The notes under the pieces: generated by a model
Database searches by the model: none
What the model was told of the DNA's origin: nothing
Seen by the model: the letters and a program-made list of their open reading frames with translations, nothing else
Position numbers and translations under genes: made by a program
Source: a virus
Lineage: Duplodnaviria; Caudoviricetes
Reading direction: 5' to 3' (one strand)
Length of the DNA: 34,812 bases
Virus record (IMG/VR): IMGVR_UViG_3300021476_000017
Coordinates: 1 to 34,812 of that record
Shown: positions 15,962 to 24,900 of the stretch, piece after piece
Position numbering within the stretch: position 1 is the first letter of the stretch
How the letters are laid out: the number at the start of each line of letters is the position of its first letter

Positions 15962-16913
15962 TAAACTAATTTTACTCAATCAATCAACTTCTTATAAGCC
16001 TAAAACAAGAGATCAGATAATCAACGTTCAATCTAATTTCTGTAATCTTCGAGATGCTGATGATATTCCAATATTTACGATTTATTTAACGAGTCTTTAT
16101 GCTAATAATAATTTAGATAAATTTATTAATTGGATTACTCGGCTCAAAGCGGCTGGTTCAACTCACATTGATATAGGCTTAACGGCTAAGTATGATGAGA
16201 ATCTTGGTTGGATTGATCGTTATCCTATTTCAGATATTGATCTCACAAATAATCTCCCATTACTACAGAAGATAGCTAATGTTCTAATAAATATGAATTT
16301 TATCCCACATATTCATCTTTCATGGGATGACAATGGATTTTCTTGGGGAATGAATAATATTCCAACTATAATTTCTGAACTAAAACCACTAATTCCATAT
16401 TGTCTTTGGAATACAGGATGGGACGGATGCTTTCCTTCTTGGAGCCGAGATCAAACTATTACTGCTATACAGCTTTTGCGACAATGTTTAGGTCCTAATG
16501 GACAGATTGCTACAGAATTCGGTGGACCCGGAGGATTATTCCCATATATTGATATGGGACAAGGACAAGCTGATTATGATGGACCCTTGCAACAACTTGA
16601 TTGTTTATGTTTGGAATATGGTAATAATGGGCAAATACCAATTCCTGACTGTGGAATGCAGCAACAGGGTACAAGAATCCTCGGTAAGAGCTATAATCTT
16701 CCTCTTATTTCTGGCTGTGATGATCATTCTAATGTATACTATCTCTCATCTCCAAGACAAAGAGGGCCATTAAATATTTGTATTTATGAGTGGGTTTGGG
16801 GCGGAGCATATAGTCAAATTAGAAAGTTGAGTCAGCCATCAGATGCCGCTACGATAGCAAAGCAATTCAAAGCTTATGGTTATAGCAGTTTTGGAAATGG
16901 TCAGCCACTTTAA
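15954..16913 (+). CDS. hypothetical protein, possible TIM-barrel glycoside hydrolase
   Basis: Alternating helix/strand pattern (RLKAAGSTHIDI, FIPHIHL, WNTGWD, IATEF, ICIYEW), aromatic-rich; ATG 15954 preferred to TTG 15933. Function is inference. Confidence 0.45.
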   Translation: MSNKLILLNQSTSYKPKTRDQIINVQSNFCNLRDADDIPIFTIYLTSLYANNNLDKFINWITRLKAAGSTHIDIGLTAKYDENLGWIDRYPISDIDLTNNLPLLQKIANVLINMNFIPHIHLSWDDNGFSWGMNNIPTIISELKPLIPYCLWNTGWDGCFPSWSRDQTITAIQLLRQCLGPNGQIATEFGGPGGLFPYIDMGQGQADYDGPLQQLDCLCLEYGNNGQIPIPDCGMQQQGTRILGKSYNLPLISGCDDHSNVYYLSSPRQRGPLNICIYEWVWGGAYSQIRKLSQPSDAATIAKQFKAYGYSSFGNGQPL

Positions 16914-16917
16914 TGAA

Positions 16918-17064
16918 ATGACAATGAAAAGAGAAGTTTGGTGTCCTAAATGTGACATTTATCATATCACTATTGAAGCAAATCCTAAATGTACAACTTG
17001 TAAATCTACATTAATAACAGTACTTTACAGTAAAATGACAGGAGAAAGGATTATAAAAGAGTGA
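16918..17064 (+). CDS. small zinc-ribbon protein
   Basis: WCPKC...CTTCKS. Confidence 0.65.
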   Translation: MTMKREVWCPKCDIYHITIEANPKCTTCKSTLITVLYSKMTGERIIKE

Positions 17065-17333
17065 CAGAAAAAATCAAAGAAACAAAAGCATTCAATAAAT
17101 TCGTTGCAGAAATAAAAGATATGTTAGAACCATCAGCAACAGAGAAAGGATACAATTCTCTAGGAACTGAGAAAAATGAGTTATATCAATTTGTTCAAGG
17201 ATTATCACATAGCGACTCTCATGCTATAGGAGAGATTATCTATAAGTGTGTTAGATATACTAATAAAGGAGATAAGAGAGACTTATTGAAGATAGCGGCG
17301 TGGGCTTATCTCATTTGGAGATTTGGACATTGA
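17061..17333 (+). CDS. DUF3310-like (T7 gp1.7 nucleotide-kinase-like) protein
   Basis: GEIIYKCVRY..K...DLLKIAAWAYL resembles G..IKY..R...K..EDL.KA.WY; adjacent to MazG. Confidence 0.55.
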   Translation: MTEKIKETKAFNKFVAEIKDMLEPSATEKGYNSLGTEKNELYQFVQGLSHSDSHAIGEIIYKCVRYTNKGDKRDLLKIAAWAYLIWRFGH

Positions 17334-17620
17334 ATATCAGAGATTGTGCTATTGAATGTCATGAAATTTCAATAAAACACGGTTTTTGGAAAGTTTCTCA
17401 GTCCATACCTGAAAAATTGTGTTTAATCCATTCTGAAATTTCTGAAGCTTTAGAAGATTATCGAGAAGATAAGATGGGTCATTTTGGCGAAGAACTTGCA
17501 GATGCCACTATTAGGTTATTTGACTTAGCAGTTCATGAAGGGATAGATATCGAAGATGAAATTAGAAGAAAAATGAATAAAAATATTGATAGACCCTATC
17601 TTCATGGAAAGAAATTATGA
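17330..17620 (+). CDS. mazG: MazG-like nucleotide pyrophosphohydrolase
   Basis: LIHSEISEALEDYR, EELADATIRLFDL, KMNKNIDRPYLHGK; TTG at the TTGA overlap (track start 17300). Confidence 0.88.
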   Translation: MNIRDCAIECHEISIKHGFWKVSQSIPEKLCLIHSEISEALEDYREDKMGHFGEELADATIRLFDLAVHEGIDIEDEIRRKMNKNIDRPYLHGKKL

Positions 17621-17808
17621 TTCCAAATGATATTAATGAAAGAAGAAAAATGATTAAGTTTATGCTAGAAGCTTTAGAAACTGAGGATGAAATGTCTAAA
17701 TGGGAATCTGACTTTACAGCTTCAATAGCAGATCAATTCACTATTAAAAAGGACTTGTCACAGCGGCAGTGTGAGAAATTAGAGCAGATATATGATAAAT
17801 ATAATTAA
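17617..17808 (+). CDS. small hypothetical phage protein
   Basis: SKWESDF..SI..Q....LS..Q...L..IY pattern; last gene of the rightward arm. Confidence 0.7.
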   Translation: MIPNDINERRKMIKFMLEALETEDEMSKWESDFTASIADQFTIKKDLSQRQCEKLEQIYDKYN

Positions 17809-17905
17809 ATTATTTATTTTCAATATTAAGAATAGATATCAAGAGTTGACTGATGAGAGAAGCTTAATTGGTGATTACATTCATATAGCTATAGAGAAAC
17901 TTTAT

Positions 17906-20900
17906 TTATTGAAGTTTCCTAAATCTCAATCTCTTTGCTGAAGGTTCAGGATAGTTTTGTGTCATTCCTGCAAGAGAACCAATGCCTAGTGCAGTATCGA
18001 GTCCAATATTCTTAGAGAAATCTGGCTCTTTCTGCACTAGATCATTTAGATCCTGAAAGAAGATAGGAGTGAATCTTTTAATTATTTCAGTTGGAACTGT
18101 AGTCTTCCGTCCATATTCATTCGTATAACTTCCAAATGCAAATAGATCTTCAGTTTTTGGCTTCTCAAATTTTTTTGCTGTAAGTAAATCATGTATGAAA
18201 CTAGCGGCTGGAGACTCTTTATTTTTTAGAAATTGTCCAATGACATCTAGTGGAGTTTGAACTGATTGCGGTAAAACTCTCTTTTGTTCTCTCGAAAACA
18301 TACTAGATGTTCCCGGTGCTGTAGCTAAAAATCTTGCAGCCGCTACGATGTATTGTTGAAATCCACCCCACGGATCAATAACATCTTTTTGATTAAATCT
18401 AGATTTACCAAAATCAGTTGATAACATACTAGCTAATCCAGTCTTTACCTTTGCTCCTCCATAAGAGGATAGGGTATCAATGGTAGTTCCTAATGCAGCA
18501 ATACCAAGAAGTGACTTTAATCCCTCCATTCTCATCTCTTTGGGAAGTTCAGTATAAAGCTTAGGATTGGTGAACACTTGAACTCTAGAAGCAATCATTC
18601 TTGGTGACCAGAATATTGTATTTAACTCATTAGTATATTTATTAAGTGCTCCTAAATCTCCTCGTCCAGTAGCAGTATTAATAAACTTGGCTATAGCTTT
18701 TGCATTACTAGTTGGTCCATTTTCATCAGCTATTTTATAGCCTAATCCTTCTGCTTGTTTAATCATATTATCAAATACATCTGAGCGTAATTTATTAAGA
18801 AATCCAGAATAAGCTCTTGATGATGGAGCAGTTATCTTCTCAGCATATGAGTGAAGAAATTCTTCTTCAGAGTTCATTATACTTCCAGGTTTAGATAGAA
18901 ATAAACCTGAATCTCTTCCGAGTTCAAAATTTGGACGTTCTCGAATAGCCTTCATCGACGCATCGTAAAACTCTTTATTACCAAAAAATTTAAACATATC
19001 TCCTAAAGCAGGATAGAACTCTTTACGATAAGCTAGTCCAATTCCATGCCGCAATGGAGCCGCCAAAGAAAATGCATTTTGCATCGATTTCATTGTATTA
19101 GCTATCTTAGAGACTTGTAGCTTAACGGCTCCTAATCCTCCATGTAATTCAGTTATTCTATCAGCAAAATTATTACCAAATACTTGATCTAATAATGCTA
19201 ATTCATTCCTTTGTGGAGTTTCATTACCATTAAGGATTTTAAATAAAGCAGTATAACTTCTCGCTTTCTCTGGTTCAGATATCCTAGCTTTGGTAATAGC
19301 ATTGAAGAGTTGATCTGTTTCTTCTGGCTTGAGATTTAATGCTTCACCCGGATTAACTTTCTCAAATTCACCTCTTAACTTACTTAACCTAATAGCGGCT
19401 CCTTTAGAACCAGTTGCTGTCACATCAGAGAATGCAGCAAATCTTTTAGCTCTTTCAGCTCTATTAATTAATTCTTGTCGAGTAGTTTTCTCTATAGCAT
19501 CCAATGTAGCTTGAAATAATTTATCTAATACTGGTCCATTAGGACCTTGAGATTTAGGATACTTTTTAGACCTCTTAGCGGCTCCAAATCCTGCTTGTAA
19601 TTGTTCTTCACCTTCAAGGATTGGGTGTTCAGGAGTTTTAATCTCTTCTTCAGAACCAATCTGATTCCCTCTAGCTTTATCTGCTAAATCTTGAGGAAGT
19701 AAGTAGCCTTTCTCTGGTGAATCTGGCTGATAATATTTTTCAGCTTCAGATTTAGGTAACTCAATTTTATATATCCTTCCAGCATCACCACCACGCTTTG
19801 AATAGAATAGAGCTGTAGAAGGGTCATCACTATACCATCTTCCTGCATCTTGACCTTGTATAGCAGATTCAGATTCACCTCGATAAAGTGTAATTTTTGG
19901 CTCTTCTAAAACTTGTTTTCTCTGTGCTAAAGCTCTAGCCCTTAACTCTTCACCTGACATTAGTTGAGCATCAGCAGGAGTAGGAGGAATATCAATATTT
20001 TGCTCTTTCAATCTATCAGCACTAACTGTTGATCTATCATAATCTCCACCTTTAACATTGTACATAGGTTGATTATTATTTGGATCAATATAAGCAAATT
20101 CAGCCGTTGGTTTAGTTTCTTCAGCTTTTTTTCCAGTAAGAGCTTGAATTTGAGATGCTACTCTATCTTTATCTTCTGGAGAAATATTTTGATCCCAAGG
20201 ACCAGGAGGTCTTTGTTTAATAGGAGGTTGTTCATCTGCTACTACTCTACCCGATTCATCTTTTATTGAAGTATCAGATTGTTCTTCTAATTCAGGCCCA
20301 AATGGTTTATCTTTTAGCTGCTTATTTTTTAATTCACTCATTGTACGTCTTACTGATGCTTGTGGAATACCAGTTTCATCAGATATATTTTTAGCAGTTC
20401 GTGGAGTGCCTTCTTTAGTTAAAGCAATAGCTATTCTATCTTGTTGTGGAGTAGTATGAAGAGTTTGTCTGACTGAAGGAATATCTTGAGATTGTGTTTG
20501 TTTTACTGAAGGAGTTTCACCTTTTCTCAATCCTAGAACACCGCCTGCCGCTTCGAGGCCTCCAGTTAATGTTTCTGATAAGCTTCTATCTTTTAATCCT
20601 TTATAGACACCATGCAGTCCTTCAACTGTTACAGGAACTGATAGTAATCTTCTAACACCTTTAGCAACTTGTGATATTGCTGGTAATTCTTCTCCAGCAC
20701 CAGCGGCTGTGAGTCCTATATTTAATGGAGTAGACAATGGTTCTAATACTCCACCTATGAAACCTTTAATTCTAGCTTCAGTAGGAGACTCTTTTAAAGA
20801 GCGAGGATCTATTGTTTCAGCTTTGACTAAAGGAGATGTGGCCCACTTAAAAACTTTCTTTAGACCACTTTCTTTAGGAGCTATAGGATCATTAGGAGGT

Positions 20901-20986
20901 TTCCAATCATCTTGACTAATTGGTTCAGATGGAGGAGTCCATTCATCTTCATCGTTAGATTGTTGTTTTCTGAAAAGCTGAGGCAT
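17906..20986 (-). CDS. large internal virion (ejection) / polyvalent protein with wHTH-like and ART-like segments
   Basis: 1026 aa at the end of the virion operon; N-terminal DEWTPP/DDWKPP repeats; TLYRGE...WYS...A..YS...G.IY.IEL segment; helical C-terminal region. Confidence 0.7.
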   Translation of the reverse strand: MPQLFRKQQSNDEDEWTPPSEPISQDDWKPPNDPIAPKESGLKKVFKWATSPLVKAETIDPRSLKESPTEARIKGFIGGVLEPLSTPLNIGLTAAGAGEELPAISQVAKGVRRLLSVPVTVEGLHGVYKGLKDRSLSETLTGGLEAAGGVLGLRKGETPSVKQTQSQDIPSVRQTLHTTPQQDRIAIALTKEGTPRTAKNISDETGIPQASVRRTMSELKNKQLKDKPFGPELEEQSDTSIKDESGRVVADEQPPIKQRPPGPWDQNISPEDKDRVASQIQALTGKKAEETKPTAEFAYIDPNNNQPMYNVKGGDYDRSTVSADRLKEQNIDIPPTPADAQLMSGEELRARALAQRKQVLEEPKITLYRGESESAIQGQDAGRWYSDDPSTALFYSKRGGDAGRIYKIELPKSEAEKYYQPDSPEKGYLLPQDLADKARGNQIGSEEEIKTPEHPILEGEEQLQAGFGAAKRSKKYPKSQGPNGPVLDKLFQATLDAIEKTTRQELINRAERAKRFAAFSDVTATGSKGAAIRLSKLRGEFEKVNPGEALNLKPEETDQLFNAITKARISEPEKARSYTALFKILNGNETPQRNELALLDQVFGNNFADRITELHGGLGAVKLQVSKIANTMKSMQNAFSLAAPLRHGIGLAYRKEFYPALGDMFKFFGNKEFYDASMKAIRERPNFELGRDSGLFLSKPGSIMNSEEEFLHSYAEKITAPSSRAYSGFLNKLRSDVFDNMIKQAEGLGYKIADENGPTSNAKAIAKFINTATGRGDLGALNKYTNELNTIFWSPRMIASRVQVFTNPKLYTELPKEMRMEGLKSLLGIAALGTTIDTLSSYGGAKVKTGLASMLSTDFGKSRFNQKDVIDPWGGFQQYIVAAARFLATAPGTSSMFSREQKRVLPQSVQTPLDVIGQFLKNKESPAASFIHDLLTAKKFEKPKTEDLFAFGSYTNEYGRKTTVPTEIIKRFTPIFFQDLNDLVQKEPDFSKNIGLDTALGIGSLAGMTQNYPEPSAKRLRFRKLQ

Positions 20987-21984
20987 TACTCACCTAAAAT
21001 TGCGTTAAAAATGAGTGGAACAACAATCGTAGCATCTGACTTAATGATGAATGTTGGGGTATCTTTATTAATTTTATCCCAACTTATCTTTTCGCTAGCT
21101 TCGGCTCCAGAATATCCACCATATGTTGGATCGGCATCAGTAATTTCAGTAAGATATGCCCAATGTTTAACTTTATTTCCCATTTGACAATCTTGTCTAA
21201 GCCATGGGACTACACAAATAGAGAAATCTCCAGCTATTCCACCACCAATCTGAAAGAATCCCTTATCAGCTTTCTCTCTTAAATACCAATCTCCTAGATA
21301 ATTTAATGCTTCATAATCATTCTTCATAATATTGGGATCAACTTCCATCTCTCTAATAAGAGCTGAGAAGACTTGACCTAATGTAGAATCACCATTACCA
21401 GGTGTAACAATGGGAATCTTCATCTTCATAGCCGCTAAGAGCCATGATTCATTTGGGTCAGTTTGATAATACTCTTCAAATCTACCATCAAGTAATAATT
21501 CGCCTAAGAATTCAAATGGAAACTTTCTTTCTTCAGATATTTCCCATTTTTCTATAATTAAATTTTCCACTTTTTTCATAGTTTCAGCTGATATAGTTCC
21601 ATCTGTAACTCTGTTATGTTTTTTCTTATTAAGTTCTTCATCATCTTCAGGAGTTAAATCTTTATAATTTGGTATTATTTTAGCATCGTTTAAACCAATT
21701 AAATTGAATACATCTTCCTCAAGATTGGCTCCAGTACAAGAGATTCCAGAAATATAGCCTTTATAAATCATTTTAGCAATTGATATGCCGAGTCGTGCAG
21801 TTGATGAGGCACCAGCCATTGCTAAGAACATTTTGCCACCAGTATCTAATAAATGCTTATATGCATATGTTGCATTCTTCACTTGAAGAGCATTATACCG
21901 ATGATAATTTCCTCTAATTAACCTTGCAGTAGCGCCAGGAAGGTGGACTTCGATAGAAGGTTTCATTTCCCTAGGAAGCATCAT
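20986..21984 (-). CDS. deoxyhypusine synthase-family protein (bacterial DHS-like subfamily)
   Basis: FLAMAGASST, ISCTGANLEED, NRVTD, GDSTLG, FFQIGGGIAGDF, GGYSGA...EKISWDK, SDATIVVPL. Confidence 0.93.
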   Translation of the reverse strand: MMLPREMKPSIEVHLPGATARLIRGNYHRYNALQVKNATYAYKHLLDTGGKMFLAMAGASSTARLGISIAKMIYKGYISGISCTGANLEEDVFNLIGLNDAKIIPNYKDLTPEDDEELNKKKHNRVTDGTISAETMKKVENLIIEKWEISEERKFPFEFLGELLLDGRFEEYYQTDPNESWLLAAMKMKIPIVTPGNGDSTLGQVFSALIREMEVDPNIMKNDYEALNYLGDWYLREKADKGFFQIGGGIAGDFSICVVPWLRQDCQMGNKVKHWAYLTEITDADPTYGGYSGAEASEKISWDKINKDTPTFIIKSDATIVVPLIFNAILGE

Positions 21985-22886
21985 TGACCTGTTTCTTCTT
22001 CAGCACTAGAATTAGAAGATTCTTCAGTAAATCCCCTCTTAGCGGCTTGAGTAAAATCATTATCTGTCCAATTAGATGTATCATACATATGACCTGTTTT
22101 AGGATCAGTCATTACTTTTGGTTTATCTGAAGAGTTTTGATCTCCTTTAGTTGTCGTAGTAGTTTTAGTTTGTTGATCTGGACTAATCTTTGTTATAGTT
22201 GTAGTTTTAGAAGCTTGTTTTAATTTGTCTTCTAAATCTTTTATTTGTCTATTATGCTGTTCAGTAGTAACATCGAATTGATGCTGCTTTGAATCCATCT
22301 CAAGTTTATGCCTTTCCTCAACAGCGACTTGATAGTCTTTTTGAGCTTGTAAATGATCTTCGGCTGATTTAGTTTTATCTTGTAAAGCCTGTTGAGAAAG
22401 AGCTAATTTTTGATTAGCTTCATCAGTCTTGCGTTGTAAATCAGCCGTTTTCTGAGCATTTATTTGATCACTCTTTTGCTGATTTAATTGTTCTTGAGCT
22501 GATTTAATACTTAATGCTTGTTGACCTAGTTGCCCTTGCTGCTGTTGTCTTTGGCTCTCAGTATTTGCTTGTTGCTGTCTTATCCCTAACTCACCTTTTT
22601 GATATCCAGTCATCTGATTAGGATCAAATCCCATTACAGTATTAGGTTGTGAACCTTGAGAGCTTTGAGAACTCTGATTTTGATTTAGAGCATTATCATA
22701 GATTCTCTGCAATCTATTCTGCCTCAAGCTCAAATCTGACATGAACTGAGCTTTTTCTTTAAAATCTTGTAAATCTCTATTCTTAATTTGATTTGAGAGA
22801 TTTAAAATATCAGAATAATCATCATGCTGTTGAGGAAAAGGATTATAAATTCCACTCGGAGGAGTTCCAGTTGCAAATGTAGGCAT
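21981..22886 (-). CDS. Gln-rich coiled-coil protein, putative ejection/internal virion protein
   Basis: Q/K-rich helical sequence; position in the operon. Confidence 0.6.
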   Translation of the reverse strand: MPTFATGTPPSGIYNPFPQQHDDYSDILNLSNQIKNRDLQDFKEKAQFMSDLSLRQNRLQRIYDNALNQNQSSQSSQGSQPNTVMGFDPNQMTGYQKGELGIRQQQANTESQRQQQQGQLGQQALSIKSAQEQLNQQKSDQINAQKTADLQRKTDEANQKLALSQQALQDKTKSAEDHLQAQKDYQVAVEERHKLEMDSKQHQFDVTTEQHNRQIKDLEDKLKQASKTTTITKISPDQQTKTTTTTKGDQNSSDKPKVMTDPKTGHMYDTSNWTDNDFTQAAKRGFTEESSNSSAEEETGQ

Positions 22887-22888
22887 GA

Positions 22889-23752
22889 TTAACTCATAGC
22901 GAGAGAACCAACAGTTCCAAGTCTTCGATTACGCATATCTTGTTGATTTAAACTTAGTTGTCCAGCACCAAGAACCTGATTTCCGAACGTATTAACTAAT
23001 GCTGGACTAGTTCCGTATAGAGATGCTTGACCACCTGCCGCTGAGAGCGCAGCATTCTTATTAGCCTGCTGAGTAGCTAAAGCATTTGATACATTAGTCT
23101 GCTGAGATTGCATATTAGCATTAGCATTAGCTAAATTGATTTGATTCGCAATATCAGCATTTCTTTGAGCTGCTGATGTCTGCAATTCACTCTGAGTAGC
23201 AGCGGCACTAGCATATGGGCTAGAAGCGGAAATTCTATTTTGAGCAACATCTTGAGCTATTTGTGCTTCTGCATTAGTAGTAGCATCAGATATTTGCTGT
23301 GACTCATCCCTAGCCATTTGAGCTTGTACAGCATTATAATTAGGAGAATAACCACCAGCTAAAGCTCTTTGCTGGTCTACATTTTGCTGAGCACTAGCAT
23401 AAATAGATCTAATTGGACTAATTGCTCTAGCTCTAATATTAGCAATATCAGCCGATGAAAATCCACCAGTAGTAGCTAAATCAGATAAATTAGATAATGA
23501 CCCAGTAACGGCTGATGTTGGAGCATATTGAGCCGTTGTTGGAGATACATTTACCGGTGATATATTTGGAGCCGTTATCGGTGTAGAAGCGACTTTAGAA
23601 TAATCTGCCATTATTTTATCATAATCACTTCCTTGACTCTGAGCAGCGGCTGCAAAATTAGATGGGTCTCCAAATAACATTGATGGAGGTGTAGACCTTG
23701 GAATACCAATTCCAGGACTATTATCTTGACCAAAAGTTGCTAATCCAGCCAA
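22889..23752 (-). CDS. Ala/Gln/Asn-rich putative DNA-transfer (ejection) protein
   Basis: Composition typical of podoviral pilot/ejection proteins; TTG start with GGAGG upstream. Confidence 0.6.
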   Translation of the reverse strand: MAGLATFGQDNSPGIGIPRSTPPSMLFGDPSNFAAAAQSQGSDYDKIMADYSKVASTPITAPNISPVNVSPTTAQYAPTSAVTGSLSNLSDLATTGGFSSADIANIRARAISPIRSIYASAQQNVDQQRALAGGYSPNYNAVQAQMARDESQQISDATTNAEAQIAQDVAQNRISASSPYASAAATQSELQTSAAQRNADIANQINLANANANMQSQQTNVSNALATQQANKNAALSAAGGQASLYGTSPALVNTFGNQVLGAGQLSLNQQDMRNRRLGTVGSLAMS

Positions 23753-23755
23753 TTC

Positions 23756-24208
23756 TTATAAACCTCCAGAGAACCTCAAAAATTCTCTTCCCCTTCTAGC
23801 CAATAAACCAGGAACTTCAACAAGGACTCCATCTTTATGCATTCTATCCCATCTAGTAAATAAGTCCTCTGTGACTATTTGTCCATTCTCAATAACTTTA
23901 TAGAGAGTTGATGTAAGAAAATTATAAATACCAAGATTATAGCAGAAGTCAACAAGTGCATCAACTTTATCATTATCCAACTCCGTTTGAATGATGCTAA
24001 AGAGGTGCATTTTAATCTCATCACACTTATTATGTAATAAGACTTCTGCTTCAGTTTGAGTAATAGTTGTTCCTAATTTTACTGGAACATTATTATAGAT
24101 AGTAGAACCATATCCAACAGTAGGAACTCCAGCCGGATCGAGATATGCTGTTAAGCGGCATCCTTCATTAGAAGCTACAAATCTTTCTGAGCTATCATTA
24201 AGCGACAC
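23756..24208 (-). CDS. phage lysozyme (GH24) endolysin
   Basis: NEGCRLTAYLDPAGVPTVGYGST with the catalytic E/D/T; DALVDFCYNLG; PGLLARR..E. Confidence 0.95.
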   Translation of the reverse strand: MSLNDSSERFVASNEGCRLTAYLDPAGVPTVGYGSTIYNNVPVKLGTTITQTEAEVLLHNKCDEIKMHLFSIIQTELDNDKVDALVDFCYNLGIYNFLTSTLYKVIENGQIVTEDLFTRWDRMHKDGVLVEVPGLLARRGREFLRFSGGL

Positions 24209-24569
24209 CTATTTCTCCCTCACCTTGAATAATTAGTGTTGTATTAGCCGATGCTCCACCAACTAAGAAATCACTAGTATCAAGTCTTAATGCCCCATAC
24301 CATTCATATTCGCTATTAGCTGGTACTGAATGAGCATTCCATTCTTCTGTTCCAGCCGTATTAGCTCCAGTAGCTCCTAACCACAATGAGAACGTAGCCG
24401 CACTACCTGTTTTATTGATAATTCTAATATGTTTAATAATTATATAACAATTAACATAAGAACCACTAATATTAGTGCCACCAGTTAATGTTGGTGGATT
24501 AAGTATATTTGTAGTTAACGTACTCGTTAGTGCTAATGGTCCGAATCTAAAGACTTTATTTGCTGGCAT
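24198..24569 (-). CDS. putative virion structural protein (beta-rich)
   Basis: G/T/A/N-rich; IIKHIRIINKTG...SVPANS pattern; tail region. Confidence 0.6.
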   Translation of the reverse strand: MPANKVFRFGPLALTSTLTTNILNPPTLTGGTNISGSYVNCYIIIKHIRIINKTGSAATFSLWLGATGANTAGTEEWNAHSVPANSEYEWYGALRLDTSDFLVGGASANTTLIIQGEGEIGVA

Positions 24570-24572
24570 AAG

Positions 24573-24899
24573 TTATATTGGCAATGTGTATCCAAAAACA
24601 GTCGTCAAGACTTGACTATCCAAATCGGCATCAGAAATATCACTAATAGCAACTCTATTCACGAAATCAAATGTTATATTACTCGCTACTACATTCGTTG
24701 AAGCAGCTAAAGCTAAATAATAACCTTGAAAAGTTTGTGTTACAACTAATGTTCGTGCTCTACTAATTTGAGGAGTTGTATATTGACCTGATGTTCCATT
24801 TAAAATTTGAGCAGCTATTTTAACTATTGCAGCTCTACAAGCATTTTGAAATGATGGAGAATCAGCAAGACATGATATTTGTGCGTCTGTGGCTGCCAT
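24573..24899 (-). CDS. hypothetical tail-associated protein
   Basis: 108 aa directly downstream of the tail fibre; ISDADLDSQV. Confidence 0.6.
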   Translation of the reverse strand: MAATDAQISCLADSPSFQNACRAAIVKIAAQILNGTSGQYTTPQISRARTLVVTQTFQGYYLALAASTNVVASNITFDFVNRVAISDISDADLDSQVLTTVFGYTLPI

Positions 24900-24900
24900 A

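Noticed and set aside
10943-17620. Z-genome or other base-modification pathway
   Set aside because: PolA and MazG are present, but I recognise no PurZ, thymidylate-synthase-like or 7-deazaguanine genes
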